64,000 nucleotides of DNA from Macrostomum lignano (Eukaryota). Below the pieces are notes generated by a model. It saw nothing but the letters and a program-made list of their open reading frames with translations. It searched no databases and was not told the DNA's origin. The stretch is from assembly GCA_002269645.1 (NCBI GenBank), contig NIVC01002889.1, forward strand, positions 1 to 64,000, given 5' to 3'. Both the position numbers and the translations under genes were made by a program. Position 1 is the first letter of the stretch; every line of letters begins with the position of its first letter. Positions 1 to 12,320 of the stretch are shown here, in pieces.

Positions 1-988
1 AAAGACAACCAGGACAATAAAAAGTTTCTATTAAAAATTATCATTAGAAGTAACTAAAGGTGAAGTAGGCAATGTTGATAAAAACGTGGAGTAACTTATT
101 GGCAAGCGTTTTGAATTGTCAGAGAATAAAATCAGGGAACAAATAAACAACTTCAAGTTAAACTTCTTTAGGTTGCTCTTATTGCAAAAAACACAAACAA
201 GAAAACAAAGAATATTTTGATTAGAATATCATAGATTTTGTATCATTACAGGTGAAGAGATTCAGACCTCAAACTCATCCAGAAGGTATTAAGAAGCTCA
301 CACAGAAATATGTTGTAACTCTGGTTGAAAAATTCCAACATGCCAAATAGGTACGGCAAAGGCAGGTAGATTCCCCCAATTCCCACCAACTAACTCGCTT
401 TCCGCATCGCTGGCTGCGGAAGAGTGAGCACCATGAGCTTTGACTCCCTTGCCTCTAGAAAAGCACGCTAAAGCACTCCTCCACTGTACACTGCTGTGGG
501 ATGCTATTTTTAGCTTCGCATTTTCGATTGACCCAATGGACAGCTTGGCTGCTGCTGCCGCTGCTGCCGCCGTGGCTGCTTCTCCCAGTTTATAGCCAGA
601 GAAAAACGAGTTGAACATAGAAATGAACAGTGCAGTAGAATGTAGTTTGTCTCTTTCTTGTCTGCCGTACCCTCCTCTCTCAACTGCCCCCGCCCAACCT
701 CCTCCAGGCTTCCTCTCTCTGTCTCTCTCTCACTCACTCACGTGATGCCGACTGCAGAAGCCGAGAGCGGGGTAGCTTGAGTGCAGTACAATGCACCCTC
801 GGCCTTACATGCCAGAGGCTATTTGCGCTAATTTCCAGCAATACCGACAGCAGCAGCGTACAATCAAATACAGAGTTTGAAAATTATTATTCAAGGGCAC
901 ACGGCACAGACGGATTGAGTGAGAGAAAAAGAGAGGAGAGAGAGAGATAGAAGTAGTAAGGGGGTTTACCGCTCAAGCGCGCACAATG

Positions 989-3900
989 TCAGCCGGGTGT
1001 GTGATAAGCCTCGAACCACAGGCTGCCTGATCGTTGCAGAGACCTAATAATGTCCCGCATCGCGGTTGCCAGCGGCTTCTCCGTGTACGCCAAGCTGTAC
1101 TTGGAGCACAGCGACTTCACGTACGGCTGTGCCAGCGAGAACGAGTGCCGGGGCATTGTTGGAAACAGGCTGGAAAAGAGAGAGAGGAGGCATGGATTGA
1201 GAGAGTGCGGCAGCGGAGATGCACGGGTTAGACAGGGAGGGCCCCAAGTCGGAAATATGACGCGGCAACAGAGAAAAATGGTTTCTCTGCGGCTACGATG
1301 CGTGACATTTTTAGCTCATATCGTATCTAGCTTAGATAGAAGGCGCAAAAGTTTTGCCAAGCCAGCAAGCAGTACCTACTCCCCTCCCCGTGTAGACCAG
1401 AGCGATGGCCAGTGCAGCGGGGAGCGAATTCCCTCCGAGGGAGGGGAAATTTGGACGGATTTCCCTGCCCCTGTTAAGGTCAGCCGGATGGGACGGACCC
1501 GGCCAGGCGGATTTCTGTCTAAAAAATTATCCCTATTCTAGGCTCGCACAGTGCAAGCCCTATATGGTATAGGCGCTTTCCTAGGGTTTCCTAGTGGTGT
1601 CGTATTTCTGCATTGCTAAATCGCGATATTCAGATACATACTCAGCAACATTGAAACGTCGCCGCTCTTTGCCCCAGTGAGCAGTGTCTTTCGACCAGCG
1701 TCTATCACCTGGCCAACCATTTTGATATAAAAAAATGCTTGGAGAAACAAGCTCTGCGTCGCGTAGCGCAACTTGCGTCACTCAAAAGTCAATACTGAGC
1801 TGGAATTTACTGCGCACTACCAAAGGTGGCGACTTTTTAATTTTGTTGAGTATACTGTTGAGTAAATTGAAATTTATGGCCCTGTCTAGTTCCCAAAATG
1901 GCACTGCTCAGAGCTCATATGGCCCTGTCTAGTTCCCAAAATGGCACTGCTCAGAGCTCATATGGCCCTGTCTAGTTCCCAAAATAGCACTGCTCAGAGC
2001 TCATATGGCGCTGTCTAGTTCCCAAAATGGCACTGCTCAGAGCTCATATGGCGCTGTCTAGTTCCCAAAATGGCACTGCTCAGAGCTCATATGGCCCTGT
2101 CTAGTTCCCAAAATTGCACTGCTCAGAGCTCATATGGCCCTGTCTAGTTCCCAAAACAGCTCAAGCACTTCTCACAAACAAGAACGGGGCTTCCAACAGG
2201 CGAATTTGAAAGATCTCAAGGCATAGAAAAAAGTGGTAGCAAAATACGCCACCGCTCACTGGTGCTCAATCTGATAGTTGAGATGACCGGTGAACCAATC
2301 GTTGAACCAGCCAGGCTCCGCGTTCAAAGTTGACCGCAACTGCTGGGTGAACCAGTCCCTGCGCTGATCGTGGTCAATGTCCATCGGCAGGTGGCTCATC
2401 TGGGTGCAGGCCACAAACCAGTGTGATTCCAGGTACCTGAGTCGGATGGGGCAATCTGAGCTTAGATTGGCTTATATTAATCCTAAATCTCAAAATGATT
2501 GCTGCGATTCGTAAGGCTTACTGTGAAATTATACACACTCCAGAATCTGACGCTAGATTAGAGAATATTCGCGCTACTCTACTACTGTCAGCAGCACAAG
2601 AGTTTGCAGCAATTTAAAAAATATATTTTCCTAGAATGTTTACTTCACTGAAAACCTTGAACTTGAAAAGGTTATTAGGGGGAGGGCAGCTCAAAGGTAA
2701 ACGCGTCCAACTCCATGGCACGACCCCTGGTTCGATTCTCCAGATCGGGAGGCAAAAGCAGACCACCCACAACGCGACGCTCACCTGATTAGCATATAGA
2801 ATCCAAAAGTGATCCACCAACTTGAGAAGAAGTGATTAAACAGGTACAGAAATTTGACAAAGAACGACAAAGACCAGATCAAATCGCGCCAATCTCGCCG
2901 TTTCAGCACGAAGTACAAATTCTCGTAGTGAAAGTACACCGGCAGCAGCATAGGCGGCCCCAGCAACCAGAAATAGCCGTGCTGCCAGTTGTACGGCATA
3001 AAGCCGCGGCGTTTCCGGCCCCATTCAACCGGAAGCTTGTCTCCGAGCAGGAAAATGTAGGGCAAACTGATGTCCGGATCCGTGCCGGCCACGTTTGGCT
3101 TCGAGTGATGGAGAAAATGCCTGCGGGAATCACGGGAGCACGGGTGGGAGAGACACAAGGACTGGGAGACACAAGGACTGGGAGACACAAGGACTGGGGG
3201 ACACAAGGACTGGGAGACACAAGAACTGGGAGAGACACAAGGACTGGGAGACACAAGAACTGGGAGAGACACAAGGACTGGGAGAGACACAAGGACTGGG
3301 AGAGACACAAGGACTGGGAGACACAAGGACTGGGAGACACAAGAACTGGGAGAGACACAAGGACTGGGAGAGACACAAGGACTGGGGGACACAAGGACTG
3401 GGAGACACAAGAACTGGGAGAGACACAATAACTGGGAGACACAAGAACTGCGAGAGACACAACACACAAGGACTGGGATACACAAGGACTAGGAGAATGA
3501 CAAGGACTCAGAAGGACACGAGAGCTGAATATGATGTAAGACACAAGGATAGAAAATGGTGGCAGAGCCAATAGATGCTTACCGGAAGTTCCACCAGTGC
3601 GAGCTGGCACCCTTCAGGTGGCCTACAATGAACTCGTGCGCAACGTGGTTGAGGCGGCGGCTGTTAAACACGCACAGGTGGCCATAATCGTGCTGAGCCC
3701 AGCCCACCTGGGCCTGCGAGACGCACATGAGGGCAGCTGCGAGCAGAAAGCTCACAGGATTGACTCCGCAGAACCACAGGGTGAGCAGGGCGGACAGCTC
3801 GAGCAAGTAGCACTGGGCCAGGTACTTGAAGAAGAAAAATGGATCGGCCCGAAACCAACCGGAATCCTCTGCAAACTGGCGCAGTTTGCGAAAGTCCCTC

Positions 3901-5038
3901 ACGATCGGCGGCTGCGGGGCGGCATGGTTTTGATGAGACTAACCGGTTAGAATGCTGTGGAGACTGACTAGATCCACCCCTATGTACAGTGTTGGAGGAT
4001 GGACCCGCCACTGTGTACAGAGATGGAGGCTTAAACGCCCCTGTGCATCATGATGGAGCCTGAAACTCCTCTGTGCACCATGATTGAGGCTAGATCCGCC
4101 TCTGTCCACCATGATAAATTTATTAAAAATTAAATGTATGGATAACAATTAAAGGCAAACTAATAGTTGAACTTACAATATTTTCTTCATAGTCTTCAAC
4201 AAATCCACATAGCAATGGTTTCATATATTTTTCAACAATCAACTTGTCATTGTGCATTGCTGTCCACACATCCTGAAAATGCAAAAAGAGAAATTTGAAA
4301 TTTACAAGCTTGTATCAATATGTACATAAACAAGATAATAGCATTGCATAAAATATATCATGTATTTTTGTTTGTGACAATAATTGACTTTTAAAAAGGT
4401 TTAATTAATAGAGTTAAAATTAAATGTCTTCTGCAACAGATTTTACGTCTGCTAATTAATGTTGTTTTAACGACTTACTCAAGTTATTTGTTGTTTTACA
4501 TTATTTATATATTTGATATATCTCAAATGAAAATAACAGATGTTATTTTGTCTTTGTCTTTGAAATAATCAAAATTATTGATTGATTTTTTGGTTGACAG
4601 GTTTAATCTTTGGCTTGTGAATAATCTTAGCTTAATTTATCCAGTAATTATTGATTACAAATTAAACTGACTAGATTATTAAAATTCCTAGGAATAAAAA
4701 TAATAGTATATTAAGGAGAAGAACTTGCAAAAGTAAAATGCAACGAATGTGGGGCCTAGCTATCAATATTTCATTTATCAATTACTGTGTAGGAAGTTTT
4801 ATTCTAATAATTTTTTACTTCTTTCTCTTACCGTTGCATCTTCACCAGAATATGATGCAATCACTTTTGCACCACCTGGATGCCTGTGAATGAACTCTGT
4901 AACATCGTACACTTTTCCATGGATAACAATTAGCTTTCTTTTTGAAGTTCGTCGTCTGTACTCTTGAAGTGATTCCATTGTAAAAGACGCCATTCGGTTA
5001 TTATTCTCTGAACCCATGTTCAAACATAAAACTGACAT
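989..5038 (-). CDS. FADS2-like: Front-end (delta-5/delta-6) fatty acyl desaturase with N-terminal cytochrome b5 domain, 6 exons, ~441 aa
   Basis: Exons 5038-4832, 4272-4177, 3911-3583, 3120-2785, 2436-2260 and 1169-989, all GT-AG with matching phases. Motifs: HPGG heme motif, His boxes HDYGH, HFLHH and QIEHH. The C-terminus LFPTMPRH...[16 protein letters not shown] matches FADS1/2. The start could also be the ATG at 5017. Confidence 0.93.
1639..1852. mobile_element. MITE, family A (TACTCAGCAAC... termini), degenerate copy
   Basis: Left end TACTCAGCAACATTGAAACGTCGCC; right end GGCGACTTTTTAATTTTGTTGAGTA. The interior is similar to 18421-18694. Confidence 0.6.
1875..2157. repeat. 43-bp minisatellite, ~6.5 copies, FADS intron 5
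   Basis: Unit ATATGGCCCTGTCTAGTTCCCAAAATGGCACTGCTCAGAGCTC, period 43. Confidence 0.95.
2681..2752 (+). other. Degenerate tRNA-like / SINE-head relic
   Basis: A-box-like CAGCTCAAAGGT and B-box GGTTCGATTC at tRNA-like spacing; no intact acceptor stem. Confidence 0.3.
3147..3500. repeat. 16/18-bp minisatellite, FADS intron 3
   Basis: GGGA(GA)GACACAAGGACT units, ~20 copies. Confidence 0.95.
3962..4115. repeat. Degenerate ~31-bp tandem repeat, ~5 copies, FADS intron 2
   Basis: Recurring CTAGATCC.CC.CT.TG..CA..G.T.GAGG-like units. Confidence 0.5.
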
Positions 5039-6744
5039 AGGCCTAAGCTCAGACTTCAGGATAATTTACTAGCCTGACTGGCAGGAGTGTTCTAATCAAG
5101 CCAACCGACTACAATTTAAGTTAACGATTTACCTTGACAACCGAAAAAGTCAAATTATCGTAAGTACCCGGACAAACAAATTCACCATAGCCAATGCGCT
5201 ACAGTACTTCAAATGACTATATACTTACATATACTTACATCAATTAACACTACAATACCAATACCAATACCTGGATTCGAAACTAACAGCCTCATCCTTA
5301 TCTTAGCTCCAACTTTCATTTTCATATTGTTTTCACTTTATTTCATAAGCATTTTTCACTTTACTTAAGCAATATGAAAATGAAAACTTCATTACACAGC
5401 TATATGAAAATATAATAGAGTAACATGTTGTGCATGTTAAATTAAAAGAATGTAGTCTTCACTGCCCCAGATCAAATACAATCACTGATTTTGTGACGAA
5501 AAACTGATTTTTTCCTATGTTCGCAGTGTATTTTTTCCAGGAAATCGTGGCCTCCAAAAAATTGCACGATCTTTGAGTTTTACGTCCTTTTAGTCTAGAA
5601 GTCTTTGCATTTCACTATTCAGCGAGATCATTGTGTTATTTTTATGTTCTCGAGAAAAATAGACGTTGAAAATTAAATGCATGGTTACATAAAATGTTCA
5701 CACATTGTGATAAGGATATCACATTACAGTGTCCATCGTACAAAACATTTCTCTGTACTGTACTGTGTACTTGTACAAATGCGACTAGGAGATTTTAATA
5801 ATATTAGTTCTTAGTTATTAATTTACTACGAGTATGACTAATTATTTTTAATTAAAGACAGTTATACTGGAAACGCCCGCACAATTGTCGCCACTCACGC
5901 CAACACCAATGCGGGCCGCGTCTGAGGGAGGCCCGCGAGTTTAAAATTCCTGCTTTTTTAATATACCCCCTCCTCCAAATCTTAGGATAAGTCTGAGTAT
6001 TAGTCGATCATTATCGGCCTTTTTCTGTTTATTTTATAATTTTATAATAATTTTAATTAATTCCTTTTAGCTGCGTCAACTTTAGTGTTACGCATTGGAT
6101 GCTTCTGTTTGTTGCCAGCCCTTGCTTGATTGCGTGATCTTTTTTCATTATTATTAGTCCTATAATTAGAGCATAAATTATTATTTGATTGATTGACTGG
6201 CCGCCACATATACACCGAATGGTTTATTCTGGGATTGGGAATTTCCAAGTTGCATCGCACGATAATTTCGCCTAGGGAGGGAGAGGGAGAGGGACAAATG
6301 GACAGATACGAGCGTAGATGGAAAATGATGGGTGCAGAGTGAAAGTCAGCTTCGAACTGCATAAGCTGCTCAATTTTATAGTCTTGGGAGTGTGATCCGA
6401 GCAATATAGACTGCTCTAGATACCCCCCCCCCGGGGGAGTGGAAGACAATTTAGGAAAATTAATTAAACCAGGACGCTCTGCCGGCTTTGCTAGTCACGT
6501 GCCCTGCGGCCCACTGCAGCAGCCTGGGGGCTGCAGCAAACTGCAGGGGAGCGAGCTGAGTCTCGGTGCTGTCAGTATGGAAACTATATACCAAAATAAG
6601 GTAGAATTTGCTAATTAAATTGTCCAGATTAGCGGATTTGAGGAAGTTAACTGATAAATTGTTGGCTTTCCATGCCTTGCAGTACTGCACTTGTACGTCA
6701 TGAGAGCTATCTCTTTGAAACTTCAAAAATCATAACAAGATCGC

Positions 6745-7270
6745 TCTCTGTCCTCTCTGTCCACTTCATGTCCTCTATTTGTCCGTTCCCTGTGCTTTCT
6801 TTGTCGGTTCCTTGTGCTCTCTTTGTCGGTTCCCTGTGCTCTCTTTGTCGGTTCCCTGTCCTCTCTTTGTCGGTTCCCTGTCCTCTCTTTGTCGGTTCCC
6901 TGTCCTCTCTTTGTCGGTTCCCTGTCCTCTCTTTGTCAGTTCCCTGTCCTCTCTTTGTCGGTTCCCTGTCCTCTCTTTGTCGGTTCCTTGTGCTCTCTTT
7001 GTCGGTTCCCTGTCCTCTCTTTGTCGGTTCCCTGTCCTCTCTTTGTCGGTTCCCTGTCCTCTCTTTGTCGGTTCCCTGTCCTCTCTCTGTCTACTCCCTG
7101 TCCTCTCTTTGTCGGTTCCCTGTCCTCTCTTTGTCGGTTCCCTGTCCTCTCTTTGTCGGTTCCCTGTCCTCTCTCTGTCTACTCCCTGTCCTCTCTTTTT
7201 CCGCTCCATGTCCTCTTCTTTTTCCGCTCCCTGTCCTCTTCTTTTTCCGCTCCCTGGCCTCTCTTTTTCC
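6745..7270. repeat. 22-bp polypyrimidine minisatellite between the divergent FADS and NPF genes
   Basis: GTCGGTTCCCTGTCCTCTCTTT, ~20 copies, decaying at the 3' end. Confidence 0.95.
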
Positions 7271-8225
7271 GTTTCCGTTTTTTCCGGGAGAGAGAAAGAG
7301 AGAGAGAAAGAGAAAGTTTATAGATAACTAGGAGGAGATACGCGTTAAACCCGGCCGGCCCACTCAGCTTTAGATATAAGAAAGATAATTCGTTCGAAAA
7401 AGCATTAGCCTTTGATGTAGCTTTTACATCGGAAGTTACGCACTCGTATGTCGAGATATTCAACGATTCCAGCAGCGAGTTTGTCTTTGTCAGAAAACTA
7501 AACCCGGGAAACTTGAGAAACGATGGCCTTCGTTAGCTTTGTTGAATAGGGGATCTTACTCGCTCTCATTGGCTCCCCATTCCGTGGTGGTTTGTACGAG
7601 CTACATCGTTTTTGTTGTTGTAATAAATATTTAACTGAAAAGTATGTAACATCTTAACTGTGGTGCCTTAGCTCGTAAGCCTTTCGAGCTGTTCTGATGG
7701 TCAAAGCTTCTAACAATCACAGCATTCTGAATCCAACCCAGAACTTACTATTCTACCTTGGGTTATCGCGTCCGAGCCTAAACAAATATTAAAAATTTGC
7801 ACTCAATTTTCGGCCATACGAGCTAGATTTGCTAACACCATCCGCTTGTTTATTTAATAGGCTTTCTGGAAGATTAAAACAGATTACAAGGATTGAGAAA
7901 AAAATAGAAGAGCTAAAAGGTAATTCAGCATAAAATTTAAAAGACGTGATTGCGCTGCAGGCCATAAAAGGCAAGAGCAGCGGAGATGCATTGGCGAAGT
8001 ATATAGGCTGCAAGCTAAACATTGGCCGCGGCTCTTGGTGGGCCAATCGCTGATGGCGCTTAACCAGCGAGTCGCGCGCACACTATATTTGGTGCCTCAG
8101 CGGGCCGGGCCGCCTATCTCGCTTCACCCGTCAACAGCCGCCTCCGCTAGCCGTTTTGATCTTTTCGCCGGACTCGCTTTCACTTCCTAGACAACCCCTG
8201 ACTGACACCGGTTAAGCTCCAAAGT

Positions 8226-9533
8226 ATGCAGCCAGGTAGCAGCTACCGACTATCGCTGGTCCTGACAGTCCTGTTGCTGCTGACCGTCGCGGCCTCACCA
8301 CTGTTCGACTACGAAGACCTGCCTCTCAGACAGAGCCTGGCAGAGGAGTTCGATGAACAGCCGGATGTGGCAGCCGCGGCAGCTTTCAAGCGGCAGTTCC
8401 AGTTGGCGCTGAAGACGCCCAGGTTCAACTCCGCTAAGCAGCTTCACGCCTACATGAGGCAGCTCGAGGTCTACATGAAACTGCTCGGCCGTCAGAGGTT
8501 GTTTGCTTTCACTATTGTTTCCCACCTATTCATAATTGAGAGGTCTCAGAAAAATTTCAATGCCCTTGCCAAGTGGAATGACTCCATCGTCAATGACTGC
8601 TCCCGTGTGCTCAATCTAAAATTGAGAACGCCCGTGCTATTTATTGTATTACGAAACGCTATTGTACGAGTATTATGGCCTTTTAATCGCTTTCACGTCA
8701 GTAGGCAAGGCAGCTCGATCCTAGCATTAAAAAATTAAATGCTCGCATGCAAGCCTTTGAACGAGAAGACGGAAAGACCAATAATGCCACCCATCCACCC
8801 ACCTGCATAATTCATTTGTGAAAAGCATTTCATTCATGCAGCTCGCGTCATCGCCCCCGAACCCAGAATTTAATTCCGCAACTCATATTTGCATATAGAA
8901 AGGCACCCTTCTCGAAGCAATTTTTAGATGAGAGCAAAATATTTTTGGTTGGAAGGTGCAGGATGGTCTTGTGACCTCGTGCGACCTGCTGCTACTAACC
9001 TTTGCAGTCCGAATCGCTGATTCCTGGTTGCACGCAGCCACTCCTGCATCATCCTGTCTCTAAGCCAGCAGTTGAATCCGCTGATTCCTGGTTGCACGCA
9101 GCCACCCCTGCATCATCCTGTCTCTAAGCCAGCAGTTGAATCCGCTGATTCCTGGTTGCACGCAGCCACCCCTGCATCATCCTGTCTCTAAGCCAGCAGT
9201 TGAATCCGCTGATTCCTGGTTGCACGCAGCCACCCCTGCATCATCCTGTCTCTAAGCCAGCAGCTGAATCCGCTGATTCCATGGTTGCACGCAGCCACCC
9301 CTGCATCATCCTGTCTCTAAGCCAGCAGCTGAATCCGCTGATTCCTGGTTGCACGCAGCCACCCCTGCATCATCCTGTCTCTAAGCCAGCCCCCCTTTCT
9401 CCGTAGGTTCGGCAAGCGCTTCGCCGTCAAGAGCCGCAGAGTCGAAGAGAAGAAGCGATCTTCGTCAACCTCGAATTCCATTGATCGCCGGCTGAAGGGC
9501 ATCGACGAAAAGCTCAGCCTACTGTTGAGCTGA
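8226..9533 (+). CDS. npf: Neuropeptide F / NPY-family prepropeptide, 2 exons, 132 aa
   Basis: Exons 8226-8497 and 9407-9533. Contains a signal peptide, an acidic spacer and a KR site, then the 36-aa peptide QFQLALKTPRFNSAKQLHAYMRQLEVYMKLLGRQRF followed by GKR (amidation plus cleavage). Tyr20 and Tyr27 are present, and the phase-2 intron lies in the penultimate Arg codon as is typical of NPY/NPF genes. Confidence 0.92.
9016..9389. repeat. 64-bp minisatellite, ~6 copies, abutting the NPF 3' splice site
   Basis: Period 64 (GCTGATTCC at 9016, 9080, 9144, 9208, 9272, 9336). Confidence 0.95.
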
Positions 9534-9946
9534 GCAGCGAGCGACAGGTGCTCACCTGCCGACTCCCTTATTTACGGTTTGTCCAAGCAACACTGCACTG
9601 ATTTACAGAACTGACATTTGCAGTTTATACCCAAGATACGAGGGTATAATTCGGAAATTTACATCCTACTTGGCTGTTGATTAATAGACCAGCACTTGAG
9701 CATTACCAGACTGCAGATCATTCCCGTTCCAGCTTTGTGATCACCCCTCAGACAAAAACCAAGTTTCGTGCTGCTGGGTAATAAATTAAACTCTATCAGC
9801 TAAATAAACCCAATGATCCACGAACGCACCGTCAAGTAAATCAAGGTGTGCACGTGACTCTTAAAGGTAGCACAATAGCAGATCAATATAATCGTTTTAC
9901 TACTTTGAATGCATTTATGCAACAGACGATTATAAGTAGTAGGCAT

Positions 9947-10540
9947 GAGGAAACCCACATGTAATTAGTTGCCTGCCTGTGACTGCTGTACAAGAGGAAA
10001 CCCACATGTAATTAGTTGCCTGCCTGTGACTGCTGTACAAGAGGAAACCCACATGTAATTAGTTGCCTGCCTGTGACTGCTGTACAAGAGGAAACCCACA
10101 TGTAATTAGTTGCCTGCCTGTGACTGCTGTACAAGAGGAAACCCACATGTAATTAGTTGCCTGCCTGTGACTGCTGTACAAGAGGAAACCCACATGTAAT
10201 TAGTTGCCTGCCTGTGACTGCTGTACAAGAGGAAACCCACATGTAATTAGTTGCCTGCCTGTGACTGCTGTACAAGAGGAAACCCACATGTAATTAGTTG
10301 CCTGCCTGTGACTGCTGTACAAGAGGAAACCCACATGTAATTAGTTGCCTGCCTGTGACTGCTGTACAAGAGGAAAGCTACATGCAGTTAGTGGTCTGCA
10401 TGCGGCTGCTGTGAGGAAAGCTACATGCAGTTAGTGGTCTGCATGCGGCTGCCGTGAGGAAAGCTACATGCAGTTAGTAATCTGCATGCGGCTGCCGTGA
10501 GGAAAGCTACATGCAGTTAGTGATCTGCATTCGGTTGTCC
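9947..10540. repeat. Composite array: nine 47-bp units followed by four related 43-bp units
   Basis: GAGGAAACCCACATGTAATTAGTTGCC... switches to GAGGAAAGCTACATGCAGTTAGT... at 10370. Confidence 0.95.
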
Positions 10541-11629
10541 AAGTCTCTTCAAGCTATCAAGTTTTTAATAGTCATTGGCGCAACACTCGCATTGATGACG
10601 TCAGAGGCAATGAGCAATTTCAAATGGTAGATAAGCAGTTTTTTATCCATTAACCCGCAACCCCACAAGCAGCAAAAGGAAGGCAAAGGCGGTGGGTCTG
10701 AGCAAATCTGAGCACTTGCACACAGACGGTCAAGCCAGAAAATACTGGGTTTAAGAACCCCCGTCACGCGGCGGAGGGAGGGGGCGGAGGAGAGGTGGGC
10801 GAAGGGGGTGGGTGGGGTTAACACACTTTACACTGAGGCCCACGAAGCAGGCCTAGTGTAAAGTAGACATTATTTGTTTCTCGAATGCATGCTTATAATC
10901 ACAGATACTCGTACGTTCGTAGTCCAACTGCAAGTTCAATGAAAACTGGTGCACTTGATTCGACTTTCAGTTTCCAGCATCAAATGTACGCCATCAGCCA
11001 AGACAACCGTGGACCAATTAGAATGAACATTAGGCCAAAGAGTGCACTTGCTGCATGACTTAAAAATAGCGCTCAATAAATTCTAATCAGTAAATTATTC
11101 TCCTATCAATCGCAGAAATTGAGTGGTTCTTCAGAGGCTAAGAGTGAGGCAGTGCAATTAGGAAATCATGCGATTGCGTGCATATGGGAATCTCTGCCAG
11201 CACTCTCTTCGTTGGCTAAGCTTTAGATCAGCTGGGTCAGAGTCAATCATTTTCACTTTTATCCACAAATTAGCTTTGGTACTAATCAGGTTTGTTTGTT
11301 GGTTTCTATGCAGCGTTACTGGACGAGGAGTCTGATTTAGCACTTGCACTTTTATGCGCTTCAGCTCTGAAAGAAAACAATTGTTGACGGTGATTGCAGA
11401 TTCATGGAGACTCTAGAACCCGGAGGCCAATCAAGTTGGCTAGCCACTCACCCCTAACCGAGTGTTGTGTTTCGTAGGTAAATGGACGCCACAGAAGAAA
11501 AATCAATCGCATTTCTTAGCTGAAGCTGCAGTCTAACTTTACTTGCTAAAGTGTCTGGGAAATTCATTGAATTATCTGTGATGCAGTGAATTGAGGAGCT
11601 ACCTGAGCTGTTTTAGTTAGCATGTTGAC

Positions 11630-12320
11630 TCTGAGTTGGCTGAGTTGTCAGAGTTGTCGCACTTTGTCTCTGAGTTGACCGAGTTGTCGCACTTTGTCTC
11701 TGAGTTGACTGAGTTGTCGCACTTTGTCTCTGAGTTGACTGAGTTGTCGCACTTTGTCTCTGAGTTGACCAAGTTGTCGCACTTTGTCTCTGAGTTGACT
11801 GAGTTGTCGCACTTTGTCTCTGAGTTGACCAAGTTGTCGCACTTTGTCTCTGAGTTGACTGAGTTGTCGCACTTTGTCTCTGAGTTGACCAAGTTGTCGC
11901 ACTTTGTCTCTGAGTTGACTGAGTTGTCGCACTTTGTCTCTGAGTTGACTGAGTTGTCGCACTTTGTCTCTGAGTTGACCGAGTTGTCGCACTTTGTCTC
12001 TGAGTTGACTGAGTTGTTGCACTTTGTCTCTGAGTTGACTGAGTTGTCGCACTTTGTCTCTGAGTTGACCAAGTTGTCGCACTTTGTCTCTGAGTTGACT
12101 GAGTTGTCGCACTTTGTCTCTGAGTTGACCAAGTTGTCGCACTTTGTCTCTGAGTTGACTGAGTTGTCGCACTTTGTCTCTGAGTTGACTGAGTTGTCGC
12201 ACTTTGTCTCTGAGTTGACTGAGTTGTCGCACTTTGTCTCTGAGTTGACCAAGTTGTCGCACTTTGTCTCTGAGTTGACCAAGTTGTCGCACTTTGTCTC
12301 TGAGTTGACCAAGTTGTCGG
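11630..12320. repeat. 30-bp minisatellite, ~23 copies
   Basis: TGAGTTGTCGCACTTTGTCTCTGAGTTGAC; source of four artefactual ORFs. Confidence 0.97.

Noticed and set aside
298-760. Additional minus-strand gene (Ala-rich ORF, GTGAGT donor near 742)
   Set aside because: No ATG-led coding exon upstream of the donor and no recognisable domain; could be FADS 3' UTR or flank.
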